From an uncultured archaeon (GTDB lineage: Archaea > Halobacteriota > Archaeoglobi > Archaeoglobales > Archaeoglobaceae), in NCBI GenBank assembly GCA_964554855.1, contig CAZKQI010000001.1, positions 1 through 46,022 of the forward strand: a DNA stretch of 46,022 bases, in the 5' to 3' direction. Shown here in pieces: positions 29,335-38,938 of the stretch. The notes beneath the pieces are model-generated. The model was not told the DNA's origin, ran no database searches, and saw only the letters and a program-made list of their open reading frames with translations. Made by a program: the position numbers and the translations under genes. The stretch's first letter is position 1; the number at the start of each line of letters is the position of its first letter.

Positions 29335-30191
29335 GCTTTACCACCTCCAATTCTCCCAATTCTAATTATCTCTCTAATTCTCGATACTTGCTTATCCATC
29401 ATATCGCTTGTGAAAACAAAAGCATAAATACTCGCAATGTCTTCAAATTTAACATCAAAACCAGCAATTCTCCTAATTCTATCATGTATTTCTGTAAGAT
29501 AATCCTTACAGGGCATGACCATCACTTTGTCTGTAGGCCCTCTACAACCTCTACACGGTACACCTGCCTTAGTGCAAACAGCTTTACAACCACCTCTCGT
29601 GACACTACCTAAGCAGATGTAACCTTGGCTTAGTAGACATACTTTTGGATCTGGTAGCTCAGTTTTCCTAACTCTATCAATTTTTGTATGAACAACCAAC
29701 CTACCACATTCAGCACAGACAGGATAATCGTATCTCACAACATTTCCAGTCAAAATTCCTTCTATAAATCTCGAAATTATTTCGGGAGTTGGTGGGCAAC
29801 CTGGAATGTAGTAATCGACATTGACAAAGTGATCTATTGGATAAGCGAAATCCAAAAGCTTATGATTTATTTCAGTTCCATAGACTTCTCCTATCAATTT
29901 TTCTGATTTGTAAATACTTCCCATACTAGATATTCCACCCAAAGCTGAACAACTTCCAAAAGCTACCAAAGTTTTTGCCTTTTCTCTTGCATTTTTAAGC
30001 ATTTCAAGTTCATGTTCAGTTCTTACTGCTCCTTCAACTAATACAACATCGCATTCTGGCAATTCTCTATTATCTTTGATGATAGGTGCATAAACTACTT
30101 TTTCTGCAATTTCAAGGAATTTTTCATAAGTATCGAGTAATGCCACTTGACAACCAGAACACGATGCAAGCTTAACGATTCCAACCCTCAT
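29331..30191 (-). CDS. [NiFe]-hydrogenase small subunit (MvhG-like)
   Basis: SCSGC, VEGAV, FGSCSALGG, IPGCPP, VCAEC, CLG...GC...C...PCRGCRGP; no Tat signal. Confidence 0.93.
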   Translation of the reverse strand: MRVGIVKLASCSGCQVALLDTYEKFLEIAEKVVYAPIIKDNRELPECDVVLVEGAVRTEHELEMLKNAREKAKTLVAFGSCSALGGISSMGSIYKSEKLIGEVYGTEINHKLLDFAYPIDHFVNVDYYIPGCPPTPEIISRFIEGILTGNVVRYDYPVCAECGRLVVHTKIDRVRKTELPDPKVCLLSQGYICLGSVTRGGCKAVCTKAGVPCRGCRGPTDKVMVMPCKDYLTEIHDRIRRIAGFDVKFEDIASIYAFVFTSDMMDKQVSRIREIIRIGRIGGGKA

Positions 30192-30619
30192 GATACCACC
30201 AACCTCTTCAGACATGCATTCGGACCTGCATGAATCAAAATCAACCTAACCTTCTTCCCTAGGTGATTTGAGATAATTGACTCTATATAACCATGAGTCA
30301 CCTGACATAACGCACCACCCTGCTTTGTGCAAACAGTATAGTGAGTCTGCCTTATCGGACAACTCTTGAAAACAACAAGATATTCATTATCGCTAACCTT
30401 TTCAAACAAATCAACCCACCACGGAGAAACACTACTCAACTTTTGTAAGCAATCTTCAACACTCTCACACTTGCCAACATCCATAACCTCACTCATTTTT
30501 CTTCCTGCTATGTAGCATATGGTCTTAGCCCATTCACCACTGAAAAGTTCCAGTGATCTCGTCAATATTGATAGCAGAACCATTCTATCCCTTATATCTA
30601 TCACTTCCTTTTGCATCAT
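30188..30619 (-). CDS. V4R-type domain protein
   Basis: AGRKM...FKSCPI...LCQVTHGYI...NAC matches the V4R CP/C..G/C pattern. Confidence 0.75.
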   Translation of the reverse strand: MMQKEVIDIRDRMVLLSILTRSLELFSGEWAKTICYIAGRKMSEVMDVGKCESVEDCLQKLSSVSPWWVDLFEKVSDNEYLVVFKSCPIRQTHYTVCTKQGGALCQVTHGYIESIISNHLGKKVRLILIHAGPNACLKRLVVS

Positions 30620-30990
30620 ATTTTCACCTCACATTCTTCACATGTAGCTTTAACACCTATGGATTCAAACATCTTAGATATGAAACCCTTTATAAATGGA
30701 CAGATTGTGTTCTCCTTATCCAAAACACCCATTTCAATTAAATCCCTGACGATGCATTTTTCAATTCTAATTTTTTCACCAGAAACACTAAATTTCAACG
30801 GTATTATATTTTCAATTTCTTTCAGTAATTCTTCGATATTTTCTGCCAAACCTCTCTTTACAGCTTCACTACCAAAAACTCTACCAGTTGAAACCATCAT
30901 TCCCGTATAATTCTTCCAGAACTCTTTTATTGCAGAGTCCATTGCCATTATTATGTCATCTAATGATTTCATAATAGATTCGTATTTCAT
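30616..30990 (-). CDS. V4R-like domain protein (divergent paralog)
   Basis: TGRVFG...IEKCIV...ICPFIKGFI...CEEC. Confidence 0.65.
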   Translation of the reverse strand: MKYESIMKSLDDIIMAMDSAIKEFWKNYTGMMVSTGRVFGSEAVKRGLAENIEELLKEIENIIPLKFSVSGEKIRIEKCIVRDLIEMGVLDKENTICPFIKGFISKMFESIGVKATCEECEVKI

Positions 30991-31010
30991 AATTTCTTTT
31001 TTAGATGTAA

Positions 31011-31026
31011 GTACTTAAGATTTGCT
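31011..31026 (-). promoter_or_regulatory. Putative BRE/TATA promoter of the V4R-hydrogenase-MinD operon
   Basis: Minus strand AGCAAAT-CTTAAGTA, 22-29 nt upstream of ATG 30990; overlaps the palindrome TAAGTACTTA (31008-31017). Confidence 0.45.
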
Positions 31027-31992
31027 TTAATCAATTTTAACAATTTTTGCCACAAAAAATCCAGAAGTTTTATGTTTATGGGGAAAAAATCTCCTACATT
31101 TTCCTATTTCCTCATTCAATTCTCCATAATCTGGAATGTATGTTAATGCTGGTTCACCCCATTCGATTTCATCAATTTTTATGTTAAATTTCTCGAAAGC
31201 ATACTGAATTACGAGTTCATTCTCCTCAGGAGTTAGAGAACATGTCGAATAGACTAAGATACCATTGGGTCTCAAGCTCTTTAAGGCTGAAGTTATTAGG
31301 TCTTTTTGCAGTTTTGAGCAAAATTCAATATCCTTTTTACCACTAATTTTCTTTCTTCTTTCATCCTTGTGAATAACTCCCTCTCCACTGCAAGGAGCAT
31401 CTAGAAGAATTTTATCAACTTTAATTCCCAAATTATAGAACTTAGTGGCATTCATTTGAACTACAACTGTATTTAAAACACCCATTCTGTGAATGTTATC
31501 TATTAAAGCTTGAATTCTATCCCTATTTGCTTCTATTGCAATTAAAACACCCTTGTTATCCATTAATTGGGCTAAAAATGTTGTTTTTCCACCTGGAGCC
31601 GATGCAAAATCTACAACAATATTGTTACGATTTGGATTAAGTACCAATGGTGGGATACACGAACTCTTTTCCATTACATAATAATAACCCATCAAATATT
31701 CTGGAGTTGCACCTATTGAGTAAGGCTCTCTCAAAACCTCGTAACAGTAAGGAATTTCAGTTCTTTTAACCTTAAATCCTCTACTCTCCAACCTCTCCAC
31801 CAATTCATCTTCATCGATTTTTATTGTGTTTACCCTTATATGTTTTGGTATTCCTTTTTCCATAGCTTCAATTAGCTCAATTGTTTCTTCAATTCCGAAG
31901 AAGTTGATCCATCTTCTCACAATAAATTCATTGTAGCCGTAACGTTTCGAAATTTCCTTTGATTCCTTTGTTGAGGGATAATCTATTATCAC
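31027..31992 (-). CDS. Second NOL1/Nop2/Sun family RNA m5C methyltransferase
   Basis: IGATPEYLMGYY, DFASAPGGKT, DAPCSGEG, YSTCS, GFFVA. Confidence 0.93.
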   Translation of the reverse strand: MIIDYPSTKESKEISKRYGYNEFIVRRWINFFGIEETIELIEAMEKGIPKHIRVNTIKIDEDELVERLESRGFKVKRTEIPYCYEVLREPYSIGATPEYLMGYYYVMEKSSCIPPLVLNPNRNNIVVDFASAPGGKTTFLAQLMDNKGVLIAIEANRDRIQALIDNIHRMGVLNTVVVQMNATKFYNLGIKVDKILLDAPCSGEGVIHKDERRKKISGKKDIEFCSKLQKDLITSALKSLRPNGILVYSTCSLTPEENELVIQYAFEKFNIKIDEIEWGEPALTYIPDYGELNEEIGKCRRFFPHKHKTSGFFVAKIVKID

Positions 31993-32030
31993 AGATTAAG
32001 ATTAATTATGTGAAAGTTTAAGGTTTTGCA

Positions 32031-33476
32031 GTGGAGGACAATCCATACATTAAGAGATGGAGAAAGGGATTGAAAAGGATAGCTTTAGTATATCCAAATA
32101 AATATGCAAGTGGAATAGCAAATATAGGGCTTCAGTACATATACGCTTACCTAAATTCATTGGAATGTATATGCGAGAGATTTTACATAGATGTTCATGA
32201 GGGTATAAGAAGTTTGGAAAGTAAGACAAATCTGAAAGATTTCGATATTGCCTTATTTTCTCTACAATTTGAGGAAGACTATTTTAATGCAATAAGAATT
32301 CTCAAAAAAAGCAATTTCAAAGGCTTGAAAATAGCTGGAGGACCATGTGCAATGATAAATCCAAAACCAATTTCAAAATTCTTTGATGCTTTTGTTATCG
32401 GAGAAGTTGAAAATACAAGAATATTGGAAATTATAGCCAATGCAAGATCGATTGAAGATTTAGAATGTGAAGGAATATGGTTAAGGAGGGGGAGGGTGAA
32501 AAGAGTTTATCCAAAAAAGCTGGATTTCTATCTGAACAGGCAAATAATTGCAGATTCTGTCTTTGGTAGATGCCTTATATTGGAGGTTGGAAGAGGATGT
32601 ATAAGGCGTTGTAGATTTTGTGTTGCCAGACAGATTTATTCTCCACCCAGATGGAGAGATATAAGACTTTTGAAGGATATTGCTGAAGATTATAGGGGTA
32701 TTGTCAATAAGGTATGTCTGGTAGCTCCCTCAACCTTGGATCATCCCAGAATAAAGGATTTGCTTTTTGAACTTGTAGATATGGGTTTTATGGTTTCTCC
32801 CTCTTCTACAAGGGCAGATAGGCTGGATGAAGAAATTGTAGAAATTCTAGTTGAAGGTGGTTTGAAAAGTATAACGATAGCACCAGAAGCTGGAAGTGAT
32901 AAGATAAGGGATATTTTGAAGAAGGATTTAAGTGAGGAAGATGTCATTAACGCTGTTAAAGTTTGCATAGATAAAGGCATTAAGAGTTTCAAATTCTACT
33001 TCATGATTGGCCTACCGAACGAAAGTTTAGATGATGTTAAAGGTATAGTAGAACTTGTTAAGAGAGTAAGGGAAATGAAAGCTGAAATTTCTGTTTCAGT
33101 AAATCCATTTGTTCCAAAACCTCATACACCTTTACAGTGGTGCCCTTATACTTGTGTATATGATGTTAGGGAAGGATTTAGAGTTTTGAAGGAAAAGAAA
33201 AAATATCTTATAAAGGAGCTTTCCAAGATCTGCAATTTTAATATTGGGAGCATTGAGAAGTTTGCAATTCAAACAATTTTGTCAAGAGGGGATGTAGATG
33301 TTAGCAGAATTTTCGATTTTAAGCCGAGCTTAAGGATTGCTGAGAAATTGGGATTGACAAAGTATTTGAATGGATTCGATATTGAATCTGAATTGCCTTG
33401 GGATTTCATAGAGCATAATTACAAAAAGGAGAGATTGATTGAGGAGTTCATTCAAGTATGTGAGTTTCAAAATTGA
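32031..33476 (+). CDS. Radical SAM protein with B12-binding-like N-terminal domain
   Basis: ALVYPNKY...NIG, AGGP, EVGRGCIRRCRFC, APEAGS, FVPKPHTP. Confidence 0.85.
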   Translation: MEDNPYIKRWRKGLKRIALVYPNKYASGIANIGLQYIYAYLNSLECICERFYIDVHEGIRSLESKTNLKDFDIALFSLQFEEDYFNAIRILKKSNFKGLKIAGGPCAMINPKPISKFFDAFVIGEVENTRILEIIANARSIEDLECEGIWLRRGRVKRVYPKKLDFYLNRQIIADSVFGRCLILEVGRGCIRRCRFCVARQIYSPPRWRDIRLLKDIAEDYRGIVNKVCLVAPSTLDHPRIKDLLFELVDMGFMVSPSSTRADRLDEEIVEILVEGGLKSITIAPEAGSDKIRDILKKDLSEEDVINAVKVCIDKGIKSFKFYFMIGLPNESLDDVKGIVELVKRVREMKAEISVSVNPFVPKPHTPLQWCPYTCVYDVREGFRVLKEKKKYLIKELSKICNFNIGSIEKFAIQTILSRGDVDVSRIFDFKPSLRIAEKLGLTKYLNGFDIESELPWDFIEHNYKKERLIEEFIQVCEFQN

Positions 33477-34329
33477 ATTTCATTTCATCCATTTCAAATT
33501 CAAATTTTTTCTTATCAATCTCAACATACTGTCTTATCTTAATGCTAACTTCACTCTTCTCCCCATTCCTTATGTGACTTATCCACCAATCCTTTATCTT
33601 TTGAGTTTGAATTTTTAGGATTACTGGAATTTCTGCAGAAGATTTTGGTTGTACTATTTCACTTACATCTGTATATCCTTCACCCAAAACTATGTCATTC
33701 ACAGTGATTATGTAGTGCATTCTTTTTAAGTACAACGGCACAATATTCTCATTTTTTATTTTAAATTCTGCAATTATTTGTGTAACGTTATAATCAACAT
33801 CACCCCATTCAGTTCTTACAGATTCAACAGTAACTCTATAAATCCCCAAATCGAAAGATTGTTTTTCAGAAAAAAATCCAAGGAAGTTCGTTTCTATTTT
33901 TCTTTTCATTTCAGAAATTTCAAATTTGAATGTTGTTACCTTAAGGTCAAAAATCAAATAACCCTTTACTCCGAGCATAGATTTCTCTCCATTCTTTATA
34001 TGACTTATCCACCATTTCGGTATCTTTTCATTATCTATCTTAGTTGAGATTAGAATTGTAGATTTTGTTTTAGGCTTTATCTCTGATTGCAGAGATTTAC
34101 CTTCTCCAACCTTCATGGAATTTAGATAAACTTCTGTTAAAACATCCTTTATTGGAATTGAAAAAGGGTTTGGATTGTAAACTTCAATTTCAGTCAATAT
34201 TTCTGTGTAGTTATTCGTTATTTCACCCCATCTGTTCTCTACACCCTTTATAACTGGCTTCCCAACAGTGCTACATCCCAAAAGGGAAAGAGAAATTAAT
34301 ATTATGAGAACTGAAATCCCTTTCTTCAT
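33448..34329 (-). CDS. Lipoprotein with tandem LEA14/WHy-like domains
   Basis: Lipobox LLGC; two repeats of WG...NPN/NEN...WWISHIxNGEKS. Confidence 0.8.
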   Translation of the reverse strand: MKKGISVLIILISLSLLGCSTVGKPVIKGVENRWGEITNNYTEILTEIEVYNPNPFSIPIKDVLTEVYLNSMKVGEGKSLQSEIKPKTKSTILISTKIDNEKIPKWWISHIKNGEKSMLGVKGYLIFDLKVTTFKFEISEMKRKIETNFLGFFSEKQSFDLGIYRVTVESVRTEWGDVDYNVTQIIAEFKIKNENIVPLYLKRMHYIITVNDIVLGEGYTDVSEIVQPKSSAEIPVILKIQTQKIKDWWISHIRNGEKSEVSIKIRQYVEIDKKKFEFEMDEMKFNFETHILE

Positions 34330-34351
34330 AAAATTACTTTTCAGCTACTAC

Positions 34352-34696
34352 TTAAAAATTACCCAGATAGAAAAGATGGCTTTTACAAGAACAATCGGAA
34401 CATCCAAAGCCCTTAACACTTTCAAAGCCATTAAAAAGTTTGGCTAACTCACATTCAACTTTTCTATTTGGTATTAGAAATACAACCATTTCATCTGCAA
34501 TGGAAGTTAAATAATCTATATGCCATCTAAAAATTTTGTTCTTCTTAAAATGTCTAGCAATCCTACCTATCAATGAATTCATGCCACTTCCAACATAAGC
34601 GTACCAACCAGCCTTGATATTAACCAAGCCCAATCTTCCAACAACAACTTTCCTATCATTATTGAATTTCAAGAAAAGTATGTATGATCCCTTCAT
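34352..34696 (-). CDS. DUF123/GIY-YIG (Uri) nuclease family protein
   Basis: KGSY...YAYVGS...RIARH...WHIDYL...GFGCSDCSCKSHL. Confidence 0.88.
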   Translation of the reverse strand: MKGSYILFLKFNNDRKVVVGRLGLVNIKAGWYAYVGSGMNSLIGRIARHFKKNKIFRWHIDYLTSIADEMVVFLIPNRKVECELAKLFNGFESVKGFGCSDCSCKSHLFYLGNF

Positions 34697-35898
34697 TTAA
34701 ACCTGAGTATTGCTGCAATTCCTCCAAATGCATTTAAGAGCATAGCACCTTCCTCACTTTCTGTAGATAAAATTTCGACTTTTGCACCACTTTGCTCTGC
34801 AAGCTCCGAAATCTCAAGTATAACATCCTTCCTCCCAATCTCTTCCATCTCAACTCCGCAATCACAAATCATCTTCTTTGTAACCTCATCACTCAAAGTT
34901 ATCTCCTTCTCCCTACCACATTTGGGACATCTGTATCTAACTCTCTCAAGCCTCAAACCTTCACTCAGTAAAAGGACATCTACAGCTCCCAAAGATAGGT
35001 ATTTTCTTACCTCTTCCTCACCATAAGCGGCAAGACCATCTTTCACAACTTCCTTCAAAAATCTGTTCATCAACCTCTTCTCTCTAATTAAATCAAGTTC
35101 ATGAAGCTTATCCTGTGCCTTCTCAACTAACTCATACAATCCGCTTTCATCCGTATAACCGACATCAAAAAGACCTATAACTTTCCTCTGTAACTCATGA
35201 TGCAGATATTCACCTTTGTAGAATTCTTCCTTAGTTGGAGAAGGACCACCTATTAAGATTCCTTCTAACTCATCCTTATGTGGTAAAAATGCTTCACTTG
35301 CAGCATCCCCCACCCTCTTGTAGAATTCATGAATTGCAATTTCTCTCAACCTCTCAAATCTGACACTACTTTGACCTCCCTGCCTGTGCTTTCCAGGTAC
35401 ATTCGAAGTTTTGTAATCCAAAACATCAATTCTCTTACCTCTCAACAATCCGATTGTAGCCTCTCTCCTATCCAAAACTATGAGTCCGTAAACCTTTTTC
35501 TCTTTTAGCATGTCTTTTAAAGGTTCTAAGTAAAATTTGGAATCGCAATGATATTTATAGAGTGGCACTGGCTCTGGAGGAATTATTATTTCTGTTACTC
35601 TCTTCTGTTTACCATTCTCCTCAACAACTCCACTAACAATAACCATTCCATGTTCTGGAGGTTTCTTGAACATTTTAAGCCTTTGAAGAATTGCCTCCAA
35701 TCCACCGATAACATTCACTCTTGTCTGCTTTGACTTTATATTTTCTGCTTGGCTTAGCTCACTTCTCAGCTGACTTACAACATCAGCTATGTTTTTATCG
35801 GGAGGAATGTAAAGTGTAATGAGCTCAGTACCTCTTCCCTTATACCTTTCAAGTTCCTCCAACTTCCTTTTGAATTCATAAATCAGCTTTGAAGTCAT
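34693..35898 (-). CDS. prf1: Peptide chain release factor aRF1
   Basis: GTELITLY, NIKS, YHCDSKF, GGQS; start moved to ATG 35898. Confidence 0.97.
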   Translation of the reverse strand: MTSKLIYEFKRKLEELERYKGRGTELITLYIPPDKNIADVVSQLRSELSQAENIKSKQTRVNVIGGLEAILQRLKMFKKPPEHGMVIVSGVVEENGKQKRVTEIIIPPEPVPLYKYHCDSKFYLEPLKDMLKEKKVYGLIVLDRREATIGLLRGKRIDVLDYKTSNVPGKHRQGGQSSVRFERLREIAIHEFYKRVGDAASEAFLPHKDELEGILIGGPSPTKEEFYKGEYLHHELQRKVIGLFDVGYTDESGLYELVEKAQDKLHELDLIREKRLMNRFLKEVVKDGLAAYGEEEVRKYLSLGAVDVLLLSEGLRLERVRYRCPKCGREKEITLSDEVTKKMICDCGVEMEEIGRKDVILEISELAEQSGAKVEILSTESEEGAMLLNAFGGIAAILRFK

Positions 35899-35917
35899 GT
35901 CTAACAATTTTAAGTTT

Positions 35918-36691
35918 CTATTTATAAATGTGTTGACCAAAAACTCTTCTCTGCCACATTCTAACAGCTCTCAAGAAATCTATTTTTCTAAATTCTGGCC
36001 AGTAAACATCGCAGAAGTATGCCAAACAGTTTGCGGTTTGCCAAGGCAAAAAATTTGAAAGCCTTTGTTCTCCACCAGTTCTAATTAGAATATCTACAGA
36101 CTCATAACCGTTATCTGAATAAAGAAATTGCTCAATAAGTCTAGAATTTATATCTTCAGTTTTTATAATTCCACTCTCAATCATTTTAAGGACACTTCTA
36201 ACAGCATCTAATATTTCCTGCCTACCCCCATACGCTATTGCTATGTTCAAAAGATGTCTTTCATAGCTAAATGTAACTTCTTCAAGTTTTTCTGCAATTC
36301 TCTTTATTCTATCAGGTAAAAGTTCTCTCTTCCCAACTATTTTAACCCTAACTCTGTTTTTGTGTATTCTCTTATCTTCAATCAACTTCTTCAATTGTCT
36401 CTCTATCAATTTGAATAAATTCTTCTTTTCTTCTTCACTTCTCTTAAAATTTTCAGTTGAAAAGGCATAAGCTGTAACTGTCTTAATTTTCAATTCTAAG
36501 CACCATTTTAAAACCTCTTCAGCCTTTTTCGAACCGAATACATGACCCACATAAGGAGGTAAACCCAATCTCTTAGCAAATCTTCTATTACCATCCATTA
36601 TGAAAGCTACATGCTTTGGAGGTGGAAATTTCCTTACTTCTTTAATTAAATTGAATTCGTAGAGTTTGTAAATTGGTTTAAAAAATTTCAT
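35918..36691 (-). CDS. uppS: cis-prenyltransferase (polyprenyl diphosphate synthase)
   Basis: HVAFIMDGNRR, AFSTENFKR, YGGRQEI, RTGGEQRLSNFL. Confidence 0.96.
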   Translation of the reverse strand: MKFFKPIYKLYEFNLIKEVRKFPPPKHVAFIMDGNRRFAKRLGLPPYVGHVFGSKKAEEVLKWCLELKIKTVTAYAFSTENFKRSEEEKKNLFKLIERQLKKLIEDKRIHKNRVRVKIVGKRELLPDRIKRIAEKLEEVTFSYERHLLNIAIAYGGRQEILDAVRSVLKMIESGIIKTEDINSRLIEQFLYSDNGYESVDILIRTGGEQRLSNFLPWQTANCLAYFCDVYWPEFRKIDFLRAVRMWQRRVFGQHIYK

Positions 36692-36981
36692 GAAAATTCC
36701 CTCAAAACAGATTTAACCAATTCAATATATTCCGATTTAACGTAATATCTGTTTTTCTCACCCATTTCAGTCCTAACTATACCCAATCTTGTGTTCATAA
36801 GTCCCAGCATTGCAGAAACTCCTCTGATGTTGACTTTGTAACCTTTAGATTTTAAAATCTCGTATATCTCCATCGTTGTGTACTTCCTCCCATCACTCAT
36901 AATACTCAATACTTCCCTTCTAATACCCTTTCTATCTCTCCTCAAATAATTTATAAGCCTCTCCCTAATTTTTTCGATCAT
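36688..36981 (-). CDS. DUF2551-like winged-helix protein
   Basis: RLINYLRRDRKGIRR...GVSAMLGLMNTRLGI. Confidence 0.75.
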   Translation of the reverse strand: MIEKIRERLINYLRRDRKGIRREVLSIMSDGRKYTTMEIYEILKSKGYKVNIRGVSAMLGLMNTRLGIVRTEMGEKNRYYVKSEYIELVKSVLREFS

Positions 36982-37982
36982 AGTGGATTTACCTCTACCA
37001 CTATTCTCTTAGATGTAGGATATCTTTCGATTATAAAAACGTTTTTTCCAATTTTTTTCAAATTTTCAAGATGTTTTTCGATAAAATCAACAGAGACCTC
37101 AATTCCCCCTTCCACAACTACATAATTTCTCAAACCATTCAATTCCAAATATCTCCTAATCTTTTCTATATCACCTTCAATGTATCCACATACAATTGTA
37201 CCTTCTCTCGTTATCAAGTAAAAGTCTGGCAATTTCTTTGCCATTCTGATCAACCTTCTTCTCAACTGCACCCTATCTTTAAATCTGGCACTACAGTAAT
37301 GAAACTTATTTACCCTTTCAGCATAAGCTTTAACAATTTCATCACAGTTCGAACAGCCATAGTGATCGTTCGGCTTAAAACCCCTCTCAACTAATTTATA
37401 GTAATTTGTAGATGAAAACTCCAATTCATTCAAATTCAGGAATAAATCATACTTGTTTACAACATCTACAATTTCCTCATTTATTGCAATTGAAGGAATC
37501 TCAAAACCTACCTCCATTCCCATCTTCTTAGCAACTTTTATAGGTTCTTCATATATTTTTATATTTTTAAGTTCTGGAGGATGAAATCTTATCTCATCGA
37601 GATATTTTAGCTTACTCAAAATATTATAACTTGCTGGAATTGATGTGTAAAGATGGCTGTGCAAATCTTTAAATACTTTAAGAAATTCTATAACTCTATT
37701 CAACTTCAAAAGAGGTTCTCCTCCAGTTATAGCTATTCCTTCAGCGGACATTGCCTCAGCCTCATCCACTGCATCCTTCAAACTTTTAACCTCTCTTTCA
37801 TTTGCAAAAACTAAATCTTTACCCCTTCTCTCATCAGAAATTGGACAGTAGAAGCACGAGTTTTTGCATATTCCAGTAATGAATAAAACCATCTTCGCAC
37901 CTCTTCTACAAATTTTACAGCCTTCACTCAAGTAACTGTAAAAACTTCCAGCCTCAATTCTTTTAAACTTCCTCACATACAT
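36978..37982 (-). CDS. Radical SAM protein (COG2108-like)
   Basis: GCKICRRGAKMVLFITGICKNSCFYCP, ITGGEP, DEIRFHP. Confidence 0.88.
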   Translation of the reverse strand: MYVRKFKRIEAGSFYSYLSEGCKICRRGAKMVLFITGICKNSCFYCPISDERRGKDLVFANEREVKSLKDAVDEAEAMSAEGIAITGGEPLLKLNRVIEFLKVFKDLHSHLYTSIPASYNILSKLKYLDEIRFHPPELKNIKIYEEPIKVAKKMGMEVGFEIPSIAINEEIVDVVNKYDLFLNLNELEFSSTNYYKLVERGFKPNDHYGCSNCDEIVKAYAERVNKFHYCSARFKDRVQLRRRLIRMAKKLPDFYLITREGTIVCGYIEGDIEKIRRYLELNGLRNYVVVEGGIEVSVDFIEKHLENLKKIGKNVFIIERYPTSKRIVVEVNPL

Positions 37983-38045
37983 ACCTCTACACTTTATAAA
38001 TTTAGTTTCCGATAGTAATAATAATAGGTTGGATCATATTTACGT

Positions 38046-38855
38046 ATGGATTTGGAAGAGATAAGAGTTGCTGTTCTCAGAATAGAGGGAAATAACTGTG
38101 AAGATGAGACTGTTAGAGCCTTTAAATATCTTGGTGTTGATGCTGAAGCTGTCCATCTAAAGCAATTCTACAGCGATACCATTAAAGAGAGTGAACAGAG
38201 AAGTCTCTTCGATTATCACTGCTTGGTTATTCCCGGTGGTTTTTCGGCTGGAGATTATGTTAGAGCTGGTGCAATATTATCTGCAAGGATGAAGAGTGTT
38301 TTAAGAAGGGATCTTGAAATATTCATAAGTGAAGGATATCCAGTTCTTGGTATATGTAACGGTTTTCAGGTTTTGGTTGAGTTGGGTGCTTTACCGGGAT
38401 TTGATGAGGATAAACCCATTTCTGAAATGCCTGAAATGGCTTTAACTGTAAATAAATCTGCAAGATTTGAATGCAGACCATCATATCTAAAACATGAAAA
38501 CAAATGCATTTTTACAAATCTTTTGGATTTGGATAAAATAGTTATGTTCCCCGTTGCTCATGCGGAAGGTAGAGTTGTTTTTCCAAAAGAAGAAATTCTT
38601 AACAAGCTTGTAGAGAATAGACAGATTGTATTTAGATATGTTGATGAGAACGGAAATTATGCTGGATATCCATGGAACCCCAATGGCTCCACTTATAACA
38701 TTGCGGGAATATGCAATGTCAGGGGTAACGTATTTGGATTGATGCCACATCCAGAAAGGGTTTTCTGGGGTTACCAGCAGGGTAAAGATGAAATTTATGG
38801 AGATGGAGCAGTAATATTTAAGAGCGTGATAGAGTATCTGAGAAAAAACTTTTAA
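38046..38855 (+). CDS. purQ: FGAM synthase glutaminase subunit
   Basis: GGFSAGD, GICNGFQ, NPNGS, MPHPER. Confidence 0.96.
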   Translation: MDLEEIRVAVLRIEGNNCEDETVRAFKYLGVDAEAVHLKQFYSDTIKESEQRSLFDYHCLVIPGGFSAGDYVRAGAILSARMKSVLRRDLEIFISEGYPVLGICNGFQVLVELGALPGFDEDKPISEMPEMALTVNKSARFECRPSYLKHENKCIFTNLLDLDKIVMFPVAHAEGRVVFPKEEILNKLVENRQIVFRYVDENGNYAGYPWNPNGSTYNIAGICNVRGNVFGLMPHPERVFWGYQQGKDEIYGDGAVIFKSVIEYLRKNF

Positions 38856-38878
38856 AGACTGAAAGATAATTAATTAAG

Positions 38879-38938
38879 GCCCGTCTGCCATGCGTCCCCC
38901 GATTTGATGAGGGGGATTCCACAGGACGGGCTACAATT
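38879..38938 (+). ncRNA. Single-hairpin box H/ACA pseudouridylation guide RNA
   Basis: GC-rich island. Lower stem GCCCGUCU/GGACGGGC, open pocket GCCAUGC/UCCACA, upper stem UCCCCC/GGGGGA, K-loop GA-UU-UGAUGA, ACA at 38933-38935 about 15-16 nt from the upper stem. Confidence 0.88.
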
